Of a stretch of 41,638 nucleotides of DNA, positions 1 through 10,191 are shown one piece after another. The position numbers and the translations under genes were made by a program. The DNA comes from Bdellovibrionota bacterium (lineage in GTDB: Bacteria > Bdellovibrionota_C > UBA2361 > OMII01): contig JBIKWQ010000027.1 in NCBI GenBank assembly GCA_044356215.1, positions 1 to 41,638 on the forward strand. The letters are read 5' to 3'. The notes beneath the pieces were generated by a model that was not told the origin of the DNA, did no database searches, and saw nothing but the letters and a program-made list of their open reading frames with translations. Position 1 is the first letter of the stretch, and each line of letters begins with the position of its first letter.

Positions 1-233
1 TCTGTGGTTTCCTCTTCCCTTGAGCCTGTAGAACTATCTTAGAATAAATTCTACATCGAGGTCGCGGAGGGCCACGGAGATTTAACTTTGCTTATTTCAG
101 CTATCTGAAGACGAGGATATCGGTGCAAGTGCAGGATTAGGATATGGAGGGAGCAAGAGGAGGAGATGGGTGCAGGAGAAAGAGGCCATAAAAGCCTATT
201 GAGTGCTCTCCCCAACCTAGCTTGCCGCCCTCT

Positions 234-1406
234 CTACTCCAGCGCCTTAATCCCCGGCAACGAATTGCCCTCAAGAAGAGCTAGGAAAGCGCCTCCTGCA
301 GTGGAGATAAAGCTAAACTTATGAGCAAGCTGCATATGATGAATCGCCGCGTCGGTATCACCGCCGCCTACTACAGACATCCCGTGGCAATTAGCGATCG
401 ATTCGCACATGTCGTGGGTTCCCTTGGCAAACTCCTCGTTCTCGTATGCTCCCATAGGGCCGTTCCAGACGATCGTCTCGGCGGTGTGCAGAGCTTCGCG
501 ATAAAGCAAGCTAGTAGCTGGGCCGATATCGAGCGCCATCGTATCCGCTGGAATCTCCTGGACTGGGACCGCGCGGCCTAAGCCCTTGCTGTTAAGAGCT
601 GGCGCGACGATTACATCAACAGGGAGATAAACCTTGCACTCTCGACGCGCTAGGGTTCCAAGTAGCTCAAGCGCCTTTCCAGCTAGCTCAGGTTCGTAGA
701 GTGAACGCCCCATCTGCAAACCTTGAGCGGCTAAGAATGTGTTAGCCATCGCGCCGCCGATGATTAACTTATCAGCCTTTGAAGCCAAGTTAACCATAGC
801 TTGAAGTTTACTTGATACCTTTGAACCGCCGATTACCACGCAGAGTGGTTTTTTCGGTTTCTCTAATGCTTGGTTGTAGTAGTTGATCTCTTTTTGCATC
901 AGGAGGCCCGCGGCCTTGACCTTTAAGAGCTTAGGAACTCCAACCATAGAAGCGTGGCTACGGTGGGCGGTCGCAAAAGCGTCACTGATAAAGATATCTC
1001 CAAGCTTTGCTAACGCGGCGCAAAACTCTGGATCGTTTTTCTTTTCTCCTGGTTGAAAACGGAGATTCTCTAGTAAGAGCACCTGACCCTCGTTTAATTC
1101 CGATACTAGCTTGGTTACCTCAGCCCCGATGCAATCAGGAGCGAGAATAACGTCGGTCTTTAAGAGTTCAGATAGTCGTCTCGCGACAGGTCTTAACGAG
1201 AACTTAGGATCTACTCCGGTTGGCTCTCCTAAGTGCGACATTAGAATAGCCTTACCTCCCTGAGATAGCACAGCCTCAAGTGTTGGAAGGAACTGTTTGA
1301 TTCGATTGTCGTCTGTGATCTCTAGCTGTTCGTTGAGCGGAACATTAAGGTCGGCACGAATAAGGACACGTTTTCCTTTGAATGATAGGTCTTGTAACTG
1401 CTGCAT
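234..1406 (-). CDS. pgk: Phosphoglycerate kinase (some conserved motifs divergent)
   Basis: RADLNVP, LLENLRF, DAFATAHR, WNGPMG, GGGDT and C-terminal LEG..LPG motifs; 390 aa. Confidence 0.96.
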   Translation of the reverse strand: MQQLQDLSFKGKRVLIRADLNVPLNEQLEITDDNRIKQFLPTLEAVLSQGGKAILMSHLGEPTGVDPKFSLRPVARRLSELLKTDVILAPDCIGAEVTKLVSELNEGQVLLLENLRFQPGEKKNDPEFCAALAKLGDIFISDAFATAHRSHASMVGVPKLLKVKAAGLLMQKEINYYNQALEKPKKPLCVVIGGSKVSSKLQAMVNLASKADKLIIGGAMANTFLAAQGLQMGRSLYEPELAGKALELLGTLARRECKVYLPVDVIVAPALNSKGLGRAVPVQEIPADTMALDIGPATSLLYREALHTAETIVWNGPMGAYENEEFAKGTHDMCESIANCHGMSVVGGGDTDAAIHHMQLAHKFSFISTAGGAFLALLEGNSLPGIKALE

Positions 1407-1411
1407 ATATT

Positions 1412-2212
1412 TTAGATTCCAGTTGGTTCAGATATAAACTGAGTATTTACACCAAATCTCTGTTCAAGTACACGCTGCAAGGCGCGAACACCGAATGTTT
1501 CGCTGGCATAGTGACCCATAAAAATAACAGAGCATTCAAGTTCGCGAGCTGTATGATACGCCTCTTGTTTTGGCTCCCCTGAGATGAGCAGGTCAATTCC
1601 TCTAGCGGCTACTGATGGTATAGCAAAGCTTCCTGAGCCGGTGACTATTGCGACCCGCGCTATGCGCTTCTTCCCGAAAGGGAGTACTAGGGGAGCAGTT
1701 GTCACTCCTTCACACCGAGATAACCTAGTCGCAATCTCCTCGATCTCAAGAGGCTGTGTGAGTTCGGCCACGCAACCGACAGGGCTTCCTTGATAAGTAA
1801 AATCGGGTTGCGGGTTTAGAGCGCCGAGCACTGTTGTCGCGATTTGCGCGGCGTTTCCAAGAACTGGATGGCCATCAAGGGGTAGGTGCGCCGCGTAGAG
1901 CGACATGCCTCCGCCCAAGCAAAGAGCGGCCTTCTTTGCCCATGTGCCAACGAGCGGCTCGACCTTTCCCCAGTAGACTCCGTGATGCACAACCAGAAGT
2001 TCGGCGCCGCAAGAGAGTGCTTGTTCAATGACTGATAGCCCTGAATCAACCGCGAAGGCTATCTTTGAGACCTCCTGCTTGGGGCTCTCTATCTGTAATC
2101 CGTTAAACGCCACATCCGAGAACTGCGCTACGTTTAGCTCTTTATTGAGAAGGTCTGTTATCTCTCTTACTGAATTTGTTGCTAACATATTGAATTGTTT
2201 TAATTTATACAC
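1412..2212 (-). CDS. Nif3-like dinuclear metal centre protein (YbgI/DUF34 family)
   Basis: NGLQ, AVD, LVVHHG, LYAAHLPLDGHP.LGN, GHYASETFG motifs; ATG at 2188 is a plausible alternative start. Confidence 0.93.
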   Translation of the reverse strand: MYKLKQFNMLATNSVREITDLLNKELNVAQFSDVAFNGLQIESPKQEVSKIAFAVDSGLSVIEQALSCGAELLVVHHGVYWGKVEPLVGTWAKKAALCLGGGMSLYAAHLPLDGHPVLGNAAQIATTVLGALNPQPDFTYQGSPVGCVAELTQPLEIEEIATRLSRCEGVTTAPLVLPFGKKRIARVAIVTGSGSFAIPSVAARGIDLLISGEPKQEAYHTARELECSVIFMGHYASETFGVRALQRVLEQRFGVNTQFISEPTGI

Positions 2213-2314
2213 CTATGATCGAGCATTGCCCAAAATCGAGGGAATCTGCTACGTTACCGGCCTGCGTCGTCTGGTGAGTTTAAGACGAACGCACTTTTTT
2301 AAAAAGGTACGCAA

Positions 2315-3166
2315 ATGGGATGGTTTACCCGCAGCAAGGCTCCAAAGACCGTAGAGGTAGCAGAGCCACTTCAGCTCCCCGATGATATCTGGACTAAGTG
2401 TCCTAAGTGCGAAGCGATTCTCTATACTAAGGACCTAAGAAGAGCCTTTGGCGTATGTCCTAAGTGTTCGCACCACTTTAGGTTAACAGCCAGACAGAGG
2501 ATCCCGATCTTGGTAGACCGTCACTCGTTTGTTGAGTTAGACCCGAATCTACGTTCTGTAGATCCGCTCAATTTTAAAGATAAAAAGAAGTACAAAGATC
2601 GAATCAAGGACACTGAGAAGAAAACAGGCTCCGTGGAGGCGGTTATTACTGGCCGAGCTAGAATTCTCAATATCCCGGTTATGTTGGGAGTGTTCGATTC
2701 CTCCTTCATGGGAGGAAGCATGGGATCTGTTGTTGGTGAGAAGCTGACACGCCTCGTTGAGTTAGGCTGCACTGAGAAGCGTCCGGTTATTATCGTTTCA
2801 GCCTCAGGTGGCGCACGCATGCAGGAAGGTTTGTTCTCTTTGATGCAGATGGCCAAGGTGAGCGCGGCCTTGGCGCGACTAGGTCAGGCTCGCATACCTT
2901 ACATATCAGTACTAACAGATCCTACAACGGGTGGTGTGGCGGCCTCGTTAGCGATGTTAGGAGACCTAATCATCGCGGAGCCGGATGCGCTGATTGGCTT
3001 TGCGGGACCTCGTGTAATCGAGGGAACCATTAAGCAAAAACTCCCTGAAGGTTTCCAACGTTCCGAGTTCCTCTTGGAGCATGGCATGGTAGATCGGATC
3101 GTCTCCCGCACGGCCATGCGTGAGGAGCTGGGGGTTCTGATAAGAAATTTTGGATTTGGAATCTGA
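2315..3166 (+). CDS. accD: Acetyl-CoA carboxylase carboxyltransferase beta subunit
   Basis: WTKCPKC...CPKC zinc ribbon, FMGGSMGSVVGEK, SGGARMQEG, PTTGGV, GFAGPRVIE. Confidence 0.98.
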   Translation: MGWFTRSKAPKTVEVAEPLQLPDDIWTKCPKCEAILYTKDLRRAFGVCPKCSHHFRLTARQRIPILVDRHSFVELDPNLRSVDPLNFKDKKKYKDRIKDTEKKTGSVEAVITGRARILNIPVMLGVFDSSFMGGSMGSVVGEKLTRLVELGCTEKRPVIIVSASGGARMQEGLFSLMQMAKVSAALARLGQARIPYISVLTDPTTGGVAASLAMLGDLIIAEPDALIGFAGPRVIEGTIKQKLPEGFQRSEFLLEHGMVDRIVSRTAMREELGVLIRNFGFGI

Positions 3167-3207
3167 CCCCTTTCGTCAAACACTAACAACGGCTAAGTTT
3201 AGCCGGT

Positions 3208-5829
3208 ATGTTAGTTGTTTCAAGTTTCTTAAACAAAAGCTATCGGTTAACGAGTAGTAATGCGATTTCGTGCGCTCCACTCAGGTTCGTGCGTGTGCCT
3301 CTCGTGTCTGCCCTAGGAGTTGTCGCGTTGATCTTGATCAGCGTCACTTCCGCTTGGTCGCAAACCAATAGGGTAGTATTTGCGGAGGATGATCCGACAA
3401 CAAAGGCAGCTCAACAGCTACAAGTTCAGCAGGCCACGAAACCGCTAACAGCTCAACCGGCTGCTCCAGGGCTAGATTTTCAGGCCCCATTAATCGAGTT
3501 CAAAAAAGAGACGCATGAGGTAGTTGGCAAGGGAGGCGTTACGCTCTCTGAAGGTGGAGTGCAGGTTCAAGCCGATGAAGGGGTGTTTAACACAGAGACA
3601 AAGCAGGGTGATGTCAAGGGTAATGTCTTAATGACGACCGGTTCAGGTGTTTTAGCGGCTGATTCAGCTAAGCTAAACGTCGAAGGGGAGACAGGAACTT
3701 TTAAGAATCTTGAATTCGACGTTGAAGAGGGTGGATACCGCGTAGAGGCTCAAGAAGCGCAGAAGGTTTCTGAATTTGAATTCGAGTTGGCTGATACTGA
3801 TATGACTACGTGTCGTTGCCCTGATGGTGGAAAACCGTGGGAGGTTTCCGCTGGGAGGTGTAACCTGACTCAGGAAGGTTATGCCCACGCATATAACTCA
3901 ACGGTATATTTTCAGGGACTGCCGATATTTTATTCACCTTACCTAGTTTTCCCAGTGAAGAATGAACGGGCCTCTGGGCTTCTTCCTGCCCGATTTGGAT
4001 TTGGGAACCGTGATGGATTTGAATACGCTCAACCGGTTTTCCTATCAGTAGATGATACAACAGGATTGACGGTTACCCCATTTATTGCAACCCGCTCCAG
4101 GGTTGGCTCTGAATTCGCTTTTGAGAAGGTTTTTTCTGAGACATCTAGGCTTGATGCTGGAGTCACTTATTCAAATGAATCTCTTAGAGATGGAGAACTA
4201 CGCGGGTTGAATCTGGATGGCGTATCGGAGCCCTGGATTGATCAGGATAGGTTCGGAGGATTCTGGAAGCAGAGGTGGATATCGGACCCCAAAGACCCGT
4301 ATCCGATTGAGTTTATTGCTGATGGCCGATACACCAGTGATAATCTATACATCAGAGAGCTTCCCGCGCCGCAGATCGGCGAGCAACAGGCGCAGTTCTT
4401 AACGTCTACGGCGGCAGTTAGAGGTACAGCTTTCGAGTTCCTTAACCTAGAAGGGCGTACTGAGTATAATCAGATGCTACTGGATCCACAGGAAACTACA
4501 TTCCAAAGGGTGCCTGAGTTGATGGCATCAACCAGTAAGACATTGCGTCCGTTCGGCCAGAATCCGCTCAACTTAAAGTTGGTCACAGGTGGAGATTTCG
4601 CCGCGACAAGTTTTATGAGAGAGGAGGGGTATCAGGGATGGAGAACCAATATTCATCCCAAAGTGGCGCTGCCTTTTCAGTTATCTAATTATGTAAGGGC
4701 GCAGTTCGGGGCCGAATTCTATAAAACAACTTATCATTTAAACGATGACAGCTTGCCACCTGACAAGAACTCTTTGTACCCGGATCCGGTGCCAAAAGGC
4801 GATCTGTTTGATAAGCCAGATAAAGAGAACCCTGCCTACGTAGGTCCAACGGATCCCACTGATCCAGAAGCCCAGTTTGGAGACAGTCGCACGATTCCTG
4901 TCTTTACATACGGCATGGCAACTGGGGTCGAGAAAGTTTACGATCTTGAGCGTGGCAACTGGTTCTCTAAGTTGATTTCTTTAGGCGCTGAAAATGAAGG
5001 CTCGGAGCTCACAAGGCTAAAACACACCATCGAGCCAAACGTGCAGTACAGATATGTACCAGAGAGAGAGCAGAGCTCGAATCCGCAGTTCGACTCACTT
5101 GATCGATTCGCTCATCGCAGTTTGGTTTCTTACGGGCTTACCACGAGGCTCTACGGACGATTTTTCGAGCCGTATGAACGCACTCGCGAAGTTGAGGATC
5201 TGACCGGTGTAGGTAAATCATTGTCGATGTTCGACTTGGGGCAATCGATGCTGGATTTTGGAAGGGGCGCGATTGTTTCACCCCTTGCTCCGGTGGATAC
5301 TAGAGAGGGGGAAATCCGAGAGATCGGACAGTTCTATGTTAGTCAGGGTTATGATTTTGTTGAGGCCAAAAGGTCTGTTAAAGAGGAGGAATCAACGAAT
5401 CCCTTCACCGATATAAAGACCGGATTCATCTTATCTCCCTCAACGTACCTATCAGCTAGCTTGGAATCGAACCTTAGCGCCAAGGATGGCCAGTTTACAA
5501 GTTACATCTGGGGTCTGGGCCTTCGAGATGACCGTGGTGATGCGTTGCGTATTCGCTACAGCTTCGTAAATTACTCGCTTAGTCAGGCGGAGGGTAATCT
5601 GGAGTTTAAGATTACTGACCGGATTAGACTTGGAACTTATGGCCGCTATAGCTTTGAAGATAGCGAGTTCCAGGAGTCTCGTGGATTGATCCGGTTCTTT
5701 AACTCTTGTAAGTGCTGGAGTATCGACGTTGGAGCGGGTAGGCGGATTAATCCGGAACGGGATCAGTTCTTAGTCTCTGTAACGTTTGGCGGAGTAGGGA
5801 CTATGCAGCAGGGGATGAACCTTAATTAG
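3208..5829 (+). CDS. lptD: LPS-assembly outer-membrane protein LptD
   Basis: Signal-like N-terminus, OstA-like region, TTC motif, PIFYSPYL.FP...R.SGLL, KHTIEP.V.Y.Y.P, C-terminal CW; true start may be downstream. Confidence 0.9.
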   Translation: MLVVSSFLNKSYRLTSSNAISCAPLRFVRVPLVSALGVVALILISVTSAWSQTNRVVFAEDDPTTKAAQQLQVQQATKPLTAQPAAPGLDFQAPLIEFKKETHEVVGKGGVTLSEGGVQVQADEGVFNTETKQGDVKGNVLMTTGSGVLAADSAKLNVEGETGTFKNLEFDVEEGGYRVEAQEAQKVSEFEFELADTDMTTCRCPDGGKPWEVSAGRCNLTQEGYAHAYNSTVYFQGLPIFYSPYLVFPVKNERASGLLPARFGFGNRDGFEYAQPVFLSVDDTTGLTVTPFIATRSRVGSEFAFEKVFSETSRLDAGVTYSNESLRDGELRGLNLDGVSEPWIDQDRFGGFWKQRWISDPKDPYPIEFIADGRYTSDNLYIRELPAPQIGEQQAQFLTSTAAVRGTAFEFLNLEGRTEYNQMLLDPQETTFQRVPELMASTSKTLRPFGQNPLNLKLVTGGDFAATSFMREEGYQGWRTNIHPKVALPFQLSNYVRAQFGAEFYKTTYHLNDDSLPPDKNSLYPDPVPKGDLFDKPDKENPAYVGPTDPTDPEAQFGDSRTIPVFTYGMATGVEKVYDLERGNWFSKLISLGAENEGSELTRLKHTIEPNVQYRYVPEREQSSNPQFDSLDRFAHRSLVSYGLTTRLYGRFFEPYERTREVEDLTGVGKSLSMFDLGQSMLDFGRGAIVSPLAPVDTREGEIREIGQFYVSQGYDFVEAKRSVKEEESTNPFTDIKTGFILSPSTYLSASLESNLSAKDGQFTSYIWGLGLRDDRGDALRIRYSFVNYSLSQAEGNLEFKITDRIRLGTYGRYSFEDSEFQESRGLIRFFNSCKCWSIDVGAGRRINPERDQFLVSVTFGGVGTMQQGMNLN

Positions 5830-5878
5830 TGTCTGCCTTATGGCATAAAATGCTCCCTGGGTGCTGATTTTACGGGAG

Positions 5879-6040
5879 CAGGGCGTCGCAGTGTTTTTGG
5901 TAAACTGCTTGGGTAATAAGTTAAATTTTTTACCACAGAGGACGCAGAGGACACAGAGAAAGCCCCCTAAAATACCGATAAAATGGCCGTTCTCTGTGTC
6001 CTCTGCGTCCTCTGTGTTGAAAATCAACTGCGGTGCCCTG
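5879..6040 (+). mobile_element. MITE family A, copy 1 (162 bp)
   Basis: Ends CAGGGCGTCGCAGT / ACTGCGGTGCCCTG; flanks TTACGGGAG (5870-5878) and TTACGGGAT (6041-6049), 8/9 identical; internal 9-mer hairpin. Confidence 0.85.
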
Positions 6041-6120
6041 TTACGGGATTAGCTTTCTGGTAAAATTCTTGGCGCTGTTGTAGGCTTGGGCGTGCTTTTT
6101 GATCACCATGGGAGGCTTTA

Positions 6121-7152
6121 GTGAAAGTATTAGTTACCGGAGCGGCTGGTTTTATCGGGAGTAACCTAGTCCACCTTTTAGTCAAAGAGCGACCGACATG
6201 GAATATAGTTGCCCTAGACTTACTAACTTACGCCGGCAACCTAAAAAATCTTAGTGAACTACTGGCGCCAAAGGGACACGTGTCTTTCTCAAAGACTGAC
6301 ATATCCGATGTTAAAGCAATTAACGAACTATTCGAGAAGGAGAAGTTCGATCTGGTGTTCCATCTCGCCGCCGAGAGCCATGTTGATCGCTCGATTATGT
6401 CGTCAATGGAATTCGTTCGTACAAATGTTCTTGGGACTCAGGCGCTTGTAGACGCGGCGCGTAACAATAAAGTCGCTAGGTTCGTTCAAATCTCGACTGA
6501 CGAAGTTTACGGGTCCCTTGGCCCCACGGGAGCTTTTGTAGAGACTACGCCTCTCGATCCTACTAGCCCATACGCGGCATCGAAGGCAGCTTCAGATCTT
6601 ATGGTTTTAGCGGCGTGTAAAACACACGGCTTTAATGCTTCCGTGACTCGCTGCACTAATAATTATGGGCCGTATCATTTTCCTGAGAAGTTAATTCCGT
6701 TGTTTATCACAAACGCGATGGAAGATAAGAAGCTTCCACTTTACGGTGACGGGATGAACGTAAGGAGCTGGGTTTATGTGACAGATCACTGCGAGGGATT
6801 ATTAGCGGTCGCGGAGCGTGGAAAAGCGGGAGAAGTTTATAATATTGGAGGAGCTGCGGATGCAGAACTCCCTAATCGTGACGTTACTTATGCGATACTT
6901 GAGATCTTAGGTAAGTCTCGAGATCTGATACAGCCAGTGGGCGATCGCCCAGCGCACGATAGACGCTATGCGATTGATCACTCAAAGATTACTAACGAGT
7001 TGGGATGGAAGCCTAAGACGTCATTTAGAGATGGGCTGGAGCGCACAGTTCGCTGGTTTCAGGACAATAGATCCTGGTGGCATGAGATAAAGAGCGGGGA
7101 GTACCTCTCGTTCTATGAGAAGAACTATAGTGGGCGCGGGAAAGCGGCTTAA
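6121..7152 (+). CDS. rfbB: dTDP-glucose 4,6-dehydratase
   Basis: GAAGFIG, LTYAGN, AAESHVDRSI, STDEVYG, YAASK, NNYGP..FPEKLIP, DRPAHDRRY. Confidence 0.97.
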   Translation: MKVLVTGAAGFIGSNLVHLLVKERPTWNIVALDLLTYAGNLKNLSELLAPKGHVSFSKTDISDVKAINELFEKEKFDLVFHLAAESHVDRSIMSSMEFVRTNVLGTQALVDAARNNKVARFVQISTDEVYGSLGPTGAFVETTPLDPTSPYAASKAASDLMVLAACKTHGFNASVTRCTNNYGPYHFPEKLIPLFITNAMEDKKLPLYGDGMNVRSWVYVTDHCEGLLAVAERGKAGEVYNIGGAADAELPNRDVTYAILEILGKSRDLIQPVGDRPAHDRRYAIDHSKITNELGWKPKTSFRDGLERTVRWFQDNRSWWHEIKSGEYLSFYEKNYSGRGKAA

Positions 7153-7167
7153 CAAAGGGCGTTAGTT

Positions 7168-8037
7168 ATGAAGATTCTTCTCTTTGGCGGTAGCGGCCAG
7201 CTAGGTTTTGAGCTCAAGAAAAGAGCTGAGGATTTGAACTTCACCCTTGTATCGCCTGTGACCAAGGAGGTTGATATCACCGAGGCTGAGCAGGTCTCTA
7301 AGTTAGTGGGGGCGATTAAACCCGAGGTTGTGATTAACAGCGCCGCCTATACCGCCGTTGATAAAGCCGAGGAGGAATCTGAGCAAGCGTTTGCTGTGAA
7401 CGCAGTAGGAGCGAAAAATGTCGCTGAAGCTTGTGCTAAATCCGGAAGTAGATTGATCCAAATTTCTACCGATTACGTTTTTGACGGACTGCAAGGCAGG
7501 CCATTAAATGAGAGTGATCTTGTTAATCCTGTGAGTGTCTACGGAAAATCTAAACTTGAGGGAGAACGCTTTGTATCGGATATCCTCGGCGATCGAGCCT
7601 TAGTAATGAGGACTCAGGCGCTCTATGGCCAGAAGGGAGTTAATTTCGTTTATACAATGCTTAAGCTTTTCGCTGAGCGTCCTGAGCTTAAAATAGTTGA
7701 CGATCAATTCGTTTCTCCGACTTGGGCTGGATGGTTGGCTGAGGCGGTCCTCGATTTCGCCCGACTACCCGTTGGAGGTGTTGTTCACGCTAGCTGTTCA
7801 GGTGTTGTCTCTTGGTATGACTTTGCCGCGGAGATTCATAGGTTGGCAGCGCCAAGTTTTGAGGGCAAGTCGATGGCTAAGCTTGAGAAGACAACTGCGG
7901 CTGAGTTAAATCGCCCGGCCAAGAGACCGGTTTTCTCGGCTTTTGATACAGCTAAGATAACGTCACTGTTAGGCCGCCCACCAATTACCTGGCAGGAGGG
8001 GCTCGGAGCTTTTCTTAAAGAGATAGGGATTATCTAG
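7168..8037 (+). CDS. rfbD: dTDP-4-dehydrorhamnose reductase
   Basis: GGSGQLG, AAYTAVDKAE, ISTDYVFDG, YGKSKL.GE, PAKRP. Confidence 0.96.
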   Translation: MKILLFGGSGQLGFELKKRAEDLNFTLVSPVTKEVDITEAEQVSKLVGAIKPEVVINSAAYTAVDKAEEESEQAFAVNAVGAKNVAEACAKSGSRLIQISTDYVFDGLQGRPLNESDLVNPVSVYGKSKLEGERFVSDILGDRALVMRTQALYGQKGVNFVYTMLKLFAERPELKIVDDQFVSPTWAGWLAEAVLDFARLPVGGVVHASCSGVVSWYDFAAEIHRLAAPSFEGKSMAKLEKTTAAELNRPAKRPVFSAFDTAKITSLLGRPPITWQEGLGAFLKEIGII

Positions 8038-8051
8038 ATTGAGGGGATGTA

Positions 8052-9143
8052 GTGAAAGATAGGAATCCTGATACTTTCATTGTTGTCATGGCAGGTGGGC
8101 AAGGTAGCCGTTTCTGGCCTCTTAGTCGTTGTTCCAAGCCCAAGCAGTTTTTATCGATGAATGACAACGGCGAGAGCTTGATTCAAGCTACCGTTAGACG
8201 AGTGGAGGCCCTTGTTCAGTCGGGGAACGTCTTGGTAGTAGCGAGTGACAAGCTTGTTCCACTTGTTAATGAGCATGTGCCAGGCGCTGGGGTAGTTATC
8301 GAGCCGGAGGCGCGCAACACCGCCGCTTGTATAGGGCTCGCCGCAGTAGCAGCCGCGGTAAGAGCTCCTAGCCTAGACCCAGTCTTAGTTGTTTTGCCCG
8401 CCGATCACGCTGTTAGTAATGAGGGCCGATTAAGAGAGACGCTTCAAGAAGCGATATCTTGCGCCCGAACATCTGATTCGCTTGTGACGATCGGGATCCC
8501 CCCTGTATCGCCTCATACGGGATACGGTTATATCAAGCGTGGGGAGCACATTGATGGCCGTGCGTATAAAGTTGACCGTTTCTTCGAGAAACCGAACTTG
8601 CAACGCGCTCAGAAGTATCTTGAACAGGGTGAATATAGCTGGAATTCGGGTATGTTTGTCTGGCGTGCTTCGGTGATACTGCAAGCTTTTAGAGAGTACA
8701 TGCCTGAGATGCACGCTGGGTTGATGGATATAAAGAAGGCCTTGGAGAGTGGAGAGAAGCTGGGAGCCAGCGATACCATAGCGAGGATTTTCTCCGGACT
8801 TGAGTCGATTTCGATAGATTTTGGTGTGCTGGAGCACGCTAGGAACTGTGTGGTGATTGACGCCAGCGAATTTGGGTGGAACGATGTGGGGTCATGGGAC
8901 CAGTGGGCTGAGAATTTCTCGGCTGATCACGACGGCAATCTGATTCGTGGTAACGCTTTGGTTATCGATAGTCAGGGATGCGTAGTACGTTCAGAGGGGC
9001 GGCTAATCGCGGCGGTAGGATTAAAGGACCTTGTGATAGTGGATTCCGGTGACGCTATCTTGGTAGTATCGCGCGAGCACGTCCAGGATGTTAGGAAAGT
9101 AGTAGCCGAACTGAAGGCTCAGGGAAAAACAGATTTAATTTAA
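8052..9143 (+). CDS. manC: Mannose-1-phosphate guanylyltransferase (no C-terminal PMI cupin)
   Basis: MAGGQGSRFWPLSR..KPKQF, EP.ARNTA, LPADH, GYGYI, F.EKP, WNSGMF, WNDVGSW. Confidence 0.95.
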   Translation: MKDRNPDTFIVVMAGGQGSRFWPLSRCSKPKQFLSMNDNGESLIQATVRRVEALVQSGNVLVVASDKLVPLVNEHVPGAGVVIEPEARNTAACIGLAAVAAAVRAPSLDPVLVVLPADHAVSNEGRLRETLQEAISCARTSDSLVTIGIPPVSPHTGYGYIKRGEHIDGRAYKVDRFFEKPNLQRAQKYLEQGEYSWNSGMFVWRASVILQAFREYMPEMHAGLMDIKKALESGEKLGASDTIARIFSGLESISIDFGVLEHARNCVVIDASEFGWNDVGSWDQWAENFSADHDGNLIRGNALVIDSQGCVVRSEGRLIAAVGLKDLVIVDSGDAILVVSREHVQDVRKVVAELKAQGKTDLI

Positions 9144-9185
9144 ATAGCCCCGGGCTCTTTGATTTAAGGAGATCGGCGAGTTTAA

Positions 9186-10178
<993 letters not shown>

Positions 10179-10191
10179 TCTCTAGGGCGGG

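Noticed and set aside
5841..5854. TGGCATAAAATGCT as a sigma54 promoter for rfbB
   Set aside because: GG-to-GC spacing is 8, not the required 10
5770..6052. ORFs 5770-6027 (-) and 5861-6052 (+) with TEDAEDTE, LCVLCVLCG and QRTQRTQR peptides
   Set aside because: Translations of the 9-mer hairpin repeat in MITE copy 1; no evidence of real genes
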